A DNA stretch of 42,372 nt, taken from positions 1 through 42,372 of the IMG/VR virus record IMGVR_UViG_3300022742_000089; one strand, written 5' to 3'. Below are positions 7,490 to 16,070 of the stretch, in pieces. The position numbers and the translations under genes were made by a program. A model generated the notes under the pieces. It searched no databases, was not told the DNA's origin, and was given only the letters and a program-made list of their open reading frames with translations. Origin of the DNA: a virus. Lineage: Duplodnaviria; Caudoviricetes. Numbering within the stretch: the stretch's first letter is position 1; every line of letters begins with the position of its first letter.

Positions 7490-8914
7490 ATGACCCACAT
7501 CCCTTCATACGCCGAGGTCCTGGCCCGCAAGCTGGTCTCTGCCCCCGTTCGGGGACTCGAGAACATCCCGGCCCTGTCCACCCGACACTTTCCCTATCAG
7601 CGCGACGTGCTGGAGTTCCTCCTGCAGCTCGGTTGCGGCGCCGGCTTCTTGGACACCGGCCTCGGAAAGACCGGTATCGAGCTGGACTGGTCCCGCGTCA
7701 TTGCGGAGCATACCGGCAAGCCCGCGCTGCTGTTCGCCCCGCTCGCCGTCGGTCCCCAGCACGTCGCTGAGGCGGCGAAGATGGGCCTGGACGACGTCCG
7801 GGTGGTGCGGTGCCAGGACGACATCCGGCCGGGCATCAACATCGCCAATTACGAGCGCCTCCACCTCTTCCAGCCCGAGGCCTTTGGCGCCCTGGTTCTG
7901 GACGAATCGTCGATCCTCAAGAGCTTCAGCGGCGTCACCACGCGAAAGCTGATGACCTTCGGATCGGCCGTCCCCTACCGGACCTGCTTCAGCGCCACGC
8001 CCGCCCCGAACGACCACACCGAGCTGGGCCAGCACTGCCAGTTCTTGGGCGTGATGGACTCGGTGGAGATGCTGACCCGCTGGTTCATCAACGATCAGAA
8101 GCACATGGGACGGTATCGGCTGAAGCGCTTCGCCGTGGAGGACTTCTGGTCCTGGGTCGGCACCTGGGCGCGCTGCATCTCCAAGCCCTCCGACCTGGGA
8201 TACAGCGACGCCGGCTTCGAGATGCCGGAGCTGCTGACCTTCAACCACACCGTTCGCGCCGATCTGACGAAGGGTGCTGGCGAGGACCGGGACGGCCAGC
8301 TTCAGCTCCTCCGCATGCCCGGCACCTCCGCGACCGAGCTTCACAAGGAGAAGCGCCACACGGTCGAAGCCCGCGCCCGCCTGATCGCCGATGTCGTCAT
8401 GGGCGAACCCGATGAGGCATGGGTGATCTGGTGCGACACCGATTACGAGGAAGAAGCGCTGACCTCCCTCATCCCCGGCGCGGTCGCGGTGCGCGGCCCC
8501 ATGAAGCCGGATCTGAAGGAGGCGCGCCTCCTCCAGTTCGGGGCGGGCCAAATCCGCCGCCTCGTCACCAAGCCGTCCATTGCCGGCTACGGGCTCAACT
8601 GGCAGCACTGCGCCCGCACCGCGTTCGTCGGCCGGTCCTACAGCTACGAGGACTATTACCAAGCCATCCGCCGTTTCTGGCGGTTCGGCCAGAAGCGCCC
8701 GGTCCATGTCCACACGGCCGAGGCCGACACCGAAGCCCACGCCGCTGCGGCCATCGCCCGCAAGGAAGCCGACCACATCGCCATGAAGCGCGAGATGGCA
8801 GCCGCCATGTCCCGCGTCGGCGAGTGCCGCGGCGTGAAGCTCAACTACGCCCCCACCATTCCGCCCGCCCTGCCGTCCTGGCTGGCCGGCTCCACCCCCA
8901 CCGCGGCGCGCTGA
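7490..8914 (+). CDS. SF2 (SNF2-like) helicase
   Basis: Walker A LDTGLGKT, Walker B LVLDES, motif III SATPAPND, motifs V/VI GYGLNWQ and YQAIRRFWRFGQ. Confidence 0.88.
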   Translation: MTHIPSYAEVLARKLVSAPVRGLENIPALSTRHFPYQRDVLEFLLQLGCGAGFLDTGLGKTGIELDWSRVIAEHTGKPALLFAPLAVGPQHVAEAAKMGLDDVRVVRCQDDIRPGINIANYERLHLFQPEAFGALVLDESSILKSFSGVTTRKLMTFGSAVPYRTCFSATPAPNDHTELGQHCQFLGVMDSVEMLTRWFINDQKHMGRYRLKRFAVEDFWSWVGTWARCISKPSDLGYSDAGFEMPELLTFNHTVRADLTKGAGEDRDGQLQLLRMPGTSATELHKEKRHTVEARARLIADVVMGEPDEAWVIWCDTDYEEEALTSLIPGAVAVRGPMKPDLKEARLLQFGAGQIRRLVTKPSIAGYGLNWQHCARTAFVGRSYSYEDYYQAIRRFWRFGQKRPVHVHTAEADTEAHAAAAIARKEADHIAMKREMAAAMSRVGECRGVKLNYAPTIPPALPSWLAGSTPTAAR

Positions 8915-8934
8915 GCGTCAGGAGACCATCCCCC

Positions 8935-9636
8935 ATGACCACCATCGACCTGACCAAGCTCGCCACCGACGCCGTCGCCAAGTATGTGGAGGACGGCACG
9001 TTCCAGAAGATGCTGGACAAGGGCATCAAGGGCGCCCTGGAGAGCGTCATCAACGACGCCACGGGCTATGGCTCGCCATTCCGCAAGGAGATGGCCGACG
9101 CCGTGAAGGGCGCCCTCCGCATCGACGCCGACGCCATCAACCTCCCGGCCTACAACCAAGTGGTTCTGGGCATCATCAAGGGCCGGCTGGATCAAGTCGT
9201 GAATGAGGATCTCCGCGACAAGCTCCAGAAGGACTTGGACGCCCTCCTGGTTGACGCCCCGAAGGAAATCACCGTCACCAAGTTGGTGCAGGACTTCAAG
9301 CTCTGGCTGCGCAAGGAGCGCGGTCACGCGGACAGCGCCTGCACCGCCAAAGTCGAGAAAAGCGAATACGGCAGCTATTGGATCAGGCTCGATCCCAAGA
9401 GGTATCAGCAGTCGTATTCCTGCCAGTTCCGGATCGGTATCGGCTCCAGCGGTGAAGTCTTCAGCGTGTCCGACGACGGCATCGATATGCAGAAGGCCGT
9501 TCTGTCCAGGACGCTCCACGGCTTCCCCCGCGACCTGTTCCAGATCATGGCCGCCGGCACGAAGATCGTCATCGACACCATGGACATCGACGGCTCCATG
9601 GAGTCCTACGAGGACGACGAAGAGGAGGACATCTGA
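8935..9636 (+). CDS. Hypothetical phage protein
   Basis: GGAGA RBS before ATG 8935; 233 aa with an acidic C-terminus. Confidence 0.75.
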   Translation: MTTIDLTKLATDAVAKYVEDGTFQKMLDKGIKGALESVINDATGYGSPFRKEMADAVKGALRIDADAINLPAYNQVVLGIIKGRLDQVVNEDLRDKLQKDLDALLVDAPKEITVTKLVQDFKLWLRKERGHADSACTAKVEKSEYGSYWIRLDPKRYQQSYSCQFRIGIGSSGEVFSVSDDGIDMQKAVLSRTLHGFPRDLFQIMAAGTKIVIDTMDIDGSMESYEDDEEEDI

Positions 9637-9637
9637 G

Positions 9638-10264
9638 ATGACCTCCAAGGAAAAGCCTCTCCTGGCCTATGCGGTCCAGGAGGAAGACGAAGGCACCGGC
9701 GGGATCGTGTTCGCCCGCTCCAACGTGGAGGCCCGCCGACGCGGCTCGTCTGAGTTCGGTGACGGAGACTTCAATTGGGGAAAGGCGACCCGCGCCCGGT
9801 GGGCTGACGCCTATGCGCCCGGCCCGGTGCCGATCTCGGTCATGATTGAGAACGGCTGGTGGTTCTGCTGCCAGCACACGGGCATCCGCATCGACAGCGA
9901 GCACAAGGGAAAGTGGTTCGCTGACCCCGCTCGTCACGGCGTCGTCTATGGCTCGGTGTGGACGTGGCTTGACCACCTGTCCGCCGAGGGCGCGAAGCGC
10001 GCCGAGTTGCAGCTTGCAGAGCGCATGTGCCGCTTGCAGTTCCCGAACATCAAGGATGTTGGCGCCTTTCACGTTGGGGCCCGTCGCCAGAACCGTATCG
10101 AGACTGTGCCGGCCGTCCATTTCCGGTTTCCGGGCGGCTACTCGCTGGTCACATGGCATCTCGACAACGGCGAGCTGCAGGTCTGGAAGGGCGATACCAC
10201 GGCCTGGAATGCGTGGCGTGACGCCGGCTGTCCGGCGGAGATGCGGGAGGTGGCTCATGGCTGA
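9638..10264 (+). CDS. Hypothetical phage protein
   Basis: GAGGA RBS; AYAVQ...GGIVFARS..EARRRG...WAD.YA...GWWF.C pattern of a kind seen in phage early regions. Confidence 0.7.
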   Translation: MTSKEKPLLAYAVQEEDEGTGGIVFARSNVEARRRGSSEFGDGDFNWGKATRARWADAYAPGPVPISVMIENGWWFCCQHTGIRIDSEHKGKWFADPARHGVVYGSVWTWLDHLSAEGAKRAELQLAERMCRLQFPNIKDVGAFHVGARRQNRIETVPAVHFRFPGGYSLVTWHLDNGELQVWKGDTTAWNAWRDAGCPAEMREVAHG

Positions 10265-10457
10265 CGCTGACCACCTCCCCGGACACACCGTCGTCGATCT
10301 CCATGACGGACGGGTCCGTCTGTCCTACCGCCGCCCCAACCTCGTCGCTCCGGACGAGTTCGTGCGGCTCCTCTACACGCCCGAGGCCGCGCTCGCGCTG
10401 GCGGCCGAGCTGACCGAGGTCGCGCGCACCGCCGTCGAAGGAGCGCAGACGTCATGA
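10257..10457 (+). CDS. Small hypothetical protein
   Basis: GGAGGT RBS before ATG 10257; stop overlaps the next ATG. Confidence 0.6.
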   Translation: MADADHLPGHTVVDLHDGRVRLSYRRPNLVAPDEFVRLLYTPEAALALAAELTEVARTAVEGAQTS

Positions 10458-11217
10458 TCGTTCGCGTCGGTATCCCCGCCTCGTTCCGCCGCTTCACAGC
10501 CGTGGCGGCCGAGATCAACGCGCCGATCCTCATCAGCGCCAACGCGCTGACCCGGCGCAATCTGGACTATTACCGGCCTCCGACCCACGCCATGCTGAAC
10601 GGGCGGCCCGCCGCCCTCGATAGCGCCGGCTTTGTCGCCACCAAAATCTATGGAGGCTATATCCAGCCTCGCGCCGCATATGTGGCGCTGGCCGGCTCCT
10701 ATGCCTGGGACTGGTGGGCGCAACGGGATTTCTGCTGCGAGCCGGAGATCGCCCGCGACCGCACCATTGTGCTTGAGCGGGTGGAATACACAGTTCTCGA
10801 ATTGGCTGAGTGCCGCCGCGAGGCTGAGGACCAAGGCGTCACCATGCCGATGCCAGTCCTTCAGGGTTGGCTCCCGGACGACTACAAGCTCTGCGCCGAC
10901 AAGATGGGCGATCTCCCGGCGCTCATCGGCGTGGGCGGGATGGTCTCCTCAACATCGTTGACGCGCTCGACTTTCACCTGCCGGCTCACGTCAAGCTTCA
11001 TCTCTTTGGGGTCAAGGGGCCGGCTATCACCGCCCTCCGCGGCCATCACCGCATCGCATCGGTGGACAGTCTCGCCTGGGATTACGCCGCCCGGCGGGAA
11101 AAGACCGGCTCCTGCACCATCGAGCATCGCAGCCATCACCTTCGCCGCTGGTACCTGGAACAGACGCGCGCTCTCGCGTGCCCTGGCTGGGGCTGGCAAA
11201 CCAACTTTTGCCATTGA
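10454..11217 (+). pseudogene. Frameshifted queuine-tRNA-ribosyltransferase/DpdA-like (deazapurine DNA modification family) gene
   Basis: Frame 1 carries ALDSAGF, DFCCEPEI, MPVLQGW.PDDY and LIGVG. The expected C-terminal motifs (DGLLNIVDAL...KLHLFGVKG...SVDSLAWDYAARR) continue in another frame from about 10939. Confidence 0.7.
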
Positions 11218-11225
11218 GGCACCTC

Positions 11226-12515
11226 ATGGTTGACCTGAAGCCCCGGCACCAGAAGGTGCTGGACGCCCTGCTGATCGGCGATCCTGCCGAGGTTGGGCTG
11301 AAATCCGCCGAGGTTGGCGCCAAGCTGGGCCTGACCTCCGGAAACGTCGGCCGCGCCCTCTACGACCTCTTGGAGGCGGGCCTCGTCGTCTATGCCGGTA
11401 CGGACGGGCATCGCCGCTACGCCAAGGCGCCCGCCACCCAGGCGCTGACCCCCGCCACCACCGAGCCCCAGGTTCGCGCCCCGGCCGCCCCGGAAATCCC
11501 CCCGCTCGTCCTCGATCAGGCCGCCGGCAACGCCTGGAACCTCTACAACGCGGACTGCGTCTCCTTCGCTCGCAACCTGCCGGACAACAGCGTCGATCTG
11601 GCCGTCTACAGCCCGCCGTTCAGCAACCTCTACGTCTACTCCGAATCGGTTGCCGATCACGGGAACTGCGCCACCGATGCCGAGTTCTTCGACCACTACC
11701 GGCACCTCGTTCGTGAGAAGTTCCGCGTCCTCCGCCCTGGCCGGCTGACGGCGATCCACGTCAAGGATCTGGTCTACTACCAGAACAGCAGCGAGGACGG
11801 CTCCGCCGGTCTCCGAGCCTTCTCCGACGGCTGCACCAAGGTTCATCAGGAGGAAGGCTTCACCTTCCACTGCCGGATCACGATCTACCGCGATCCCGTG
11901 CTGGAGCGGGCGAAGGCCAACCCCCATGGCCTGCTGTGGAAGACCTTCCAGGGCGACTCCAGCTTCTGCCGGGTCGGTATGCCCGAGTACCTGATGGTCT
12001 ACCGGAAGTGGGCCAAGCCGGGGGAGGAGGATCTCGTCCGACCGGTCACCCACCCGAAGGCCATGGTCCCGCTCGCCCGGTGGCAGGATCTCGCCTCTCC
12101 CGTCTGGCGGACCAACGACATCGACCTGTGGCTGCCCTACGGCGATCCGCGCGCCACCCCGCATTCCCAGGTCTGGAACCTTGAGGAGCCCGGCCGCGGT
12201 GATGGCGACCTGTCGACCACCGACGTGCTGAACGTCGCGGTCGCCAAGGACGACCGGGCCGAGCGGCACCTCTGCCCCATGCCCCTGAACATCACCAAGC
12301 GCGCCCTGGAGCTGTACACGAACAAGGGAGACGTCGTGTGGTCCCCCTACGCCGGCATCGGATCTGAAGGCGTCTCCGCCCTGTCCATAGGCCGCAAGTT
12401 CATCGGCACCGAACTGAACTCGACCTACTTCCGCCAGGGCGCCAAGTTCCTCTCCGAGGAGGAGAAGCTCAGCGCCTACGGGTCGCTCTTCGATCTGGTG
12501 GAGGCATCATGGTGA
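11226..12515 (+). CDS. Beta-class amino DNA methyltransferase (N4-C/N6-A) with N-terminal winged-HTH
   Basis: Motif IV YSPPF precedes motif I SPYAGIGS; also HLCPMPL and GRKFIGTEL. N-terminus KVLDAL...SAEVGAKLGLTSGNVGRALYDLLEAGLV is wHTH-like. Confidence 0.88.
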   Translation: MVDLKPRHQKVLDALLIGDPAEVGLKSAEVGAKLGLTSGNVGRALYDLLEAGLVVYAGTDGHRRYAKAPATQALTPATTEPQVRAPAAPEIPPLVLDQAAGNAWNLYNADCVSFARNLPDNSVDLAVYSPPFSNLYVYSESVADHGNCATDAEFFDHYRHLVREKFRVLRPGRLTAIHVKDLVYYQNSSEDGSAGLRAFSDGCTKVHQEEGFTFHCRITIYRDPVLERAKANPHGLLWKTFQGDSSFCRVGMPEYLMVYRKWAKPGEEDLVRPVTHPKAMVPLARWQDLASPVWRTNDIDLWLPYGDPRATPHSQVWNLEEPGRGDGDLSTTDVLNVAVAKDDRAERHLCPMPLNITKRALELYTNKGDVVWSPYAGIGSEGVSALSIGRKFIGTELNSTYFRQGAKFLSEEEKLSAYGSLFDLVEASW

Positions 12516-13354
12516 AGGCGATCAAGGGGGTTGGGTCGCTCTTCGACCGCCCGCCGCCCACCCCGACCGAAACCCTTTCCCGGCTGACCGCCCAGGCCGC
12601 CGCCGGCACCCTCTCCATCCAGGACATCCCCGGCTGTGAGACCGCCAAGCGGGCCATGGAGATCGCCGCCATCGGCAACCACCCCGCCGCGTTGATGGGG
12701 GAGACGGATACCGATCGGCACCTCCTCGGCCTGCTCGCGATTGCCTTCCTGCAGTCCGGGGTGCCGGTCACGATGGTGTCCCCCGCTGACGAGCCGGAGA
12801 TCGCGGTTTACCGTGCCATCCCCGACGTAGACTTCATGCTCCCGCCGCCGGCCGAACGGACCGCCAGCCTCATCGCCCGGATCGCCGCGACCAAGCCCCG
12901 CGTCGCCGAACTACATGTGGATCATCTTGCCCGGCATCTGCTGGACGAAGGGAAGCTCCGCGGCGTCATCGGCGAGGCCGGCCAAGCGAGGGTTATCCGG
13001 GTTGCCCACACCATCGCCGCGATGGACGGCGCTCGGATGACCATCCGGCGGCATGTCGCGGAAGCGCTGTCCTACGTCTACCCCTTCGCGGACAGTGCTC
13101 CCCCGGTCGACTTCCTGCCCATCAATACCGCGCCGCGGGACGGCACCGTCATCGAGGTCGCCGCCTTCGACAGCAAGGGTCAGCTGGAAGCCTCTGCCGA
13201 CATGCGCTGGCGGGACGATACCACAAACGGTCTTTTCTCTGGCGTCGTCGGCTTCTGGATCACGCCCGACTGGCCCGGCAGCGATTCCCTCACCTGGAAC
13301 GAATCCGATCCCGACGCCGCGCCCACGCACTGGCGCCCCGTCCGGACGAACTGA
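12509..13354 (+). CDS. ComM/YifB (Mg-chelatase-like)-derived protein lacking the AAA+ core, fused to a phage P..TAPRDGT domain
   Basis: DIPGCETAKRAMEIAAIGNH..LMG, LPPPAE.TA..IARI and RVIRVAHTIA.MDG.....HVAEALSY match ComM segments. No Walker A or B motif is present. Confidence 0.7.
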   Translation: MVKAIKGVGSLFDRPPPTPTETLSRLTAQAAAGTLSIQDIPGCETAKRAMEIAAIGNHPAALMGETDTDRHLLGLLAIAFLQSGVPVTMVSPADEPEIAVYRAIPDVDFMLPPPAERTASLIARIAATKPRVAELHVDHLARHLLDEGKLRGVIGEAGQARVIRVAHTIAAMDGARMTIRRHVAEALSYVYPFADSAPPVDFLPINTAPRDGTVIEVAAFDSKGQLEASADMRWRDDTTNGLFSGVVGFWITPDWPGSDSLTWNESDPDAAPTHWRPVRTN

Positions 13355-13365
13355 GGCATCCCGAC

Positions 13366-13731
13366 ATGACGAACACCCAACATCCCCAGGCGCTGGCCGC
13401 CACATCTGGCGGGCAACGCCACAGCTCTGGCGGCTGGAACCGGAACATCCCGCCGGCCCGCAAGTACCCTGTCATCTTCGCCGGTCGGAACAAGCACGTC
13501 TGCCGCCTCATCACGGACGGCATGACGGACGAGGAGGTGGAGGCAAACGCCAACCTCATCGCCGTCGCCCCCGACATGCTGGCCACGATGGACGAACTGG
13601 CTCGCGCCGTCGCGCATTACACCCCCAGCCCGGCCGCAATGCCTCTCGCCAGCCTGGAGTGGCAGCGTATCGGCCGCGCTTTGACCGCCGCTCGCGATGT
13701 CATCGCCAAGGCTACCGGGGGTGCGGCATGA
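13366..13731 (+). CDS. Hypothetical phage protein
   Basis: EANANLIAVAPDMLA and A...IAKATG, a common phage motif; GAGG RBS. Confidence 0.75.
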   Translation: MTNTQHPQALAATSGGQRHSSGGWNRNIPPARKYPVIFAGRNKHVCRLITDGMTDEEVEANANLIAVAPDMLATMDELARAVAHYTPSPAAMPLASLEWQRIGRALTAARDVIAKATGGAA

Positions 13732-14240
13732 CCTGAGACGAAGCCCGCGCCCTCTGGGCCTCCACTGGCCTGGACTATAGCGTCCTGACCCACGAGCTGC
13801 TCCACCGCCTCGTCAGCCTGATCGACGCCGAACTGGTGGCCGCCAACCTGATCCGCGGCTATCGGATGAATCGCTCCCTCAACCTCCGCCACAAGGCGGG
13901 CAAGCCCGTCCAGGCGGAGCTGCGGTGCCGCGCCTTCTACTTCCGCAGCCGGGAGGCGGTGACCTTCCGCTCTGACGGCTGGATCGGGTTCTGCGGCTGG
14001 GCCTCCGACGAGAACGCCGTGCCCATTCTGGAGGGGTTCAGGAAGTGGGTTGCCAGCCTCCAGCGGGACGGGATGGGCACCCATGCTCTGGGGCGGGATC
14101 GCTCGCTCCTGCAACAGGCCATCCAGATCGTGGAGCGGGCCGAGGCTGCATCCGAGTGGCGCGGCTACTTCGATGCGCTGGCCTCGCTCCGCGCCCTTGA
14201 AGCGCTGCCACCCCGGCCGGAAGGGAAGGTGCTGTCATGA
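13728..14240 (+). pseudogene. Hypothetical phage gene with a nonsense codon at codon 3
   Basis: Coupled ATG at 13728 reads ATG ACC TGA GAC GAA GCC CGC (MT*DEARALW...). The frame then stays open to 14240 and includes FRSREAVTF..DGWIGFCGWASDEN..PIL.GF..W. Confidence 0.65.
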
Positions 14241-14479
14241 ACCTCTCTGCTTCTGAGCGATACATCCTCCTCATTGCTCTCGGCTTGCACTTCTCGGAAA
14301 AGCCCGCGCGCAACTGGTTTCTCACCGGCGGCACCACCGACCCGCGTGATCGCATATGCGCGGGCATGGTTGACCGGGGCCTTCTGACCGAAGGCGACAA
14401 CCGAGGCAAATTCAACCTCTTCCATGCCACCGCCGAAGGCGCTGGCGCGGTCGGTCACACCCTGCCGAAGGAGGCATAG
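14237..14479 (+). CDS. Small hypothetical protein (wHTH-like)
   Basis: ATGA coupling; ALG...RNWF...MV.RGL.....FHAT.EG pattern. Confidence 0.7.
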   Translation: MNLSASERYILLIALGLHFSEKPARNWFLTGGTTDPRDRICAGMVDRGLLTEGDNRGKFNLFHATAEGAGAVGHTLPKEA

Positions 14480-14482
14480 GGA

Positions 14483-15010
14483 ATGAACTTCTCCTTCGCT
14501 CCGCCCCTAGTGTCCTTCGACACGATCGACCTGGGCGACCTCAACCAGTGCCTGACCGCCTGGGAGCACAAGATGGGTCCGCTCAATCGGCCCGGTCAGG
14601 AGCCTTGGGCATGGGGGCTGCATCACAATGGGCAACTCGTCGCCGTGACCGCCGCCAGCCGTTTGCCCGCTGAGCGCGTCGCCGGCTGGACGCGTGACGA
14701 GGCGTTCGAACTGTCCCGCGTCTGCGCCGCTGAGCCGGACTGGTGCCGTGCCGCGCTACGCCTGTGGCGGAAGACCGTCTTCCCGGCCATCTGCCGCGCC
14801 TATGGGCACCGATGGGTGGTCAGCTATCAAGACGCGGCTCTCCATACCGGCAACCTCTACCGCATGGACGGCTGGTTGCGCGTTGCCTACAGCCACTCTG
14901 GAACCGACCGCCGGTCTGGACGATCGGGCCGCGACAAATGGATATGGGCCTGGAACGACGATCCGCTTGAGCGGGCGCGCATGAAGGGCCGCCAGGAGGC
15001 GCTGTCATGA
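14483..15010 (+). CDS. Mom-like/GNAT-fold protein (candidate DNA base-modifying acyltransferase)
   Basis: ELSRVCA, VSYQD...HTGNLYR.DGW and K.IW.W match the Mom/XF1762-type signature (EL.RL, SY.D, H.G..Y...GW). Confidence 0.65.
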   Translation: MNFSFAPPLVSFDTIDLGDLNQCLTAWEHKMGPLNRPGQEPWAWGLHHNGQLVAVTAASRLPAERVAGWTRDEAFELSRVCAAEPDWCRAALRLWRKTVFPAICRAYGHRWVVSYQDAALHTGNLYRMDGWLRVAYSHSGTDRRSGRSGRDKWIWAWNDDPLERARMKGRQEALS

Positions 15011-15513
15011 ACCTCCGGATCCTGAAGAAGCTGTCGAAGAAGGCCGTCCCGCTGCTGGCGCACTTCGACATCGAACCGCACCGGCAGTTCCTGGCTGAGA
15101 AGGGCGACAGCTACACCGGCCTCCTGATCATGGATCGCTCCTGTTGGGATCGGGGCCGGTCCGTCCATGACGAATGCGCCTGGGAGGGCATGCGCAAGAA
15201 GCCCGCCGCCGATGGGAATGGCTGGGTGTGGATGCGCCCGCCTCACAATGTCCTGAAGGGCACGCCCATGGTGGGGCGGATAGTCGGCCACGAAGAACCC
15301 GAATGGGACGAGCGCACGGCCCTGGAAGAGCTGATGGAGTGCATCCGCTGGTCCGATAAGCCCGACACCATGACGAACGCCGAATGGGCGCTGGCGCAGC
15401 GGATCACGGCCGTGACGCCGATCACCCAGGACGAGATCGACGGCATGCTGGACGACATGGACGAGGCGATGGAGGGCGACCTCTCGCCGATGGATGAGGA
15501 GCTGGCGCTATGA
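15007..15513 (+). CDS. Hypothetical phage protein
   Basis: ATGA coupling; [13 protein letters not shown]...LKGTPMVG...EPEWDERTA. Confidence 0.75.
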   Translation: MNLRILKKLSKKAVPLLAHFDIEPHRQFLAEKGDSYTGLLIMDRSCWDRGRSVHDECAWEGMRKKPAADGNGWVWMRPPHNVLKGTPMVGRIVGHEEPEWDERTALEELMECIRWSDKPDTMTNAEWALAQRITAVTPITQDEIDGMLDDMDEAMEGDLSPMDEELAL

Positions 15514-15791
15514 CCGGCATGGGACACAACTCCGGTGGCGCTGGCGCCGACATCGGCGGCATCGCGGCGGATCGCCTGAAGTCCTTCGTCGAGCGCATCG
15601 AGCGTCTCGAAGAGGAAAAGCGCGGTCTGCAGGAAGACATCAAGGAGGTCTACGCCGAGGCCAAGGGAACCGGGTTCGATACCAAGATCATCCGACAGAT
15701 CATCCGCCTGCGGAAGATGGACAAGGCCGACCGCCAGGAGCAGGAGGCCATCCTCGAACTCTACAAAGAAGCGTTGGGGATGGTGGAATGA
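15510..15791 (+). CDS. gapR: GapR/DUF2312 (UPF0335) nucleoid-associated protein
   Basis: [20 protein letters not shown]...[27 protein letters not shown].....[14 protein letters not shown]. Confidence 0.92.
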   Translation: MTGMGHNSGGAGADIGGIAADRLKSFVERIERLEEEKRGLQEDIKEVYAEAKGTGFDTKIIRQIIRLRKMDKADRQEQEAILELYKEALGMVE

Positions 15792-16069
15792 GCTTCCAGG
15801 GCGCCACCACCAACCCCATGAGCGCGTGGAGCCGCCTGCGGACGCTACTTGTCCGCCGTCGGCTTCAGCTGAGGCTTCGTCAGGAGGATGTGGCCCGGAT
15901 GGGCGCCTTCGGCCTGCGCTCTCTGGAGCGTTGGGAGAACGGCGACTCGGAGCCGGGCGCATTCGCGATGTTCCGGTGGTGTTCCGCCCTGGGCGTCATC
16001 CTCACCCCCTCAATCGACACCATCAACGCGCCGGTCACCGACCCGGCGCCCCTCACCGTGGGAGGCTGA
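15788..16069 (+). CDS. XRE-family HTH regulator
   Basis: [13 protein letters not shown].......[11 protein letters not shown].......ALGV; ATG 15788 overlaps the gapR stop. Confidence 0.75.
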   Translation: MSFQGATTNPMSAWSRLRTLLVRRRLQLRLRQEDVARMGAFGLRSLERWENGDSEPGAFAMFRWCSALGVILTPSIDTINAPVTDPAPLTVGG

Positions 16070-16070
16070 T

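Noticed and set aside
8921-8941. GGAGACCATCCCC(C)ATGACCA, also found at 27441-27460
   Set aside because: Both copies are RBS-plus-start contexts; convergence is a sufficient explanation.
10454-11233. 259-aa ORF read as an intact gene
   Set aside because: Its Ser/Pro-rich tail after LIGVG is out of frame; the conserved motifs continue in the other frame.
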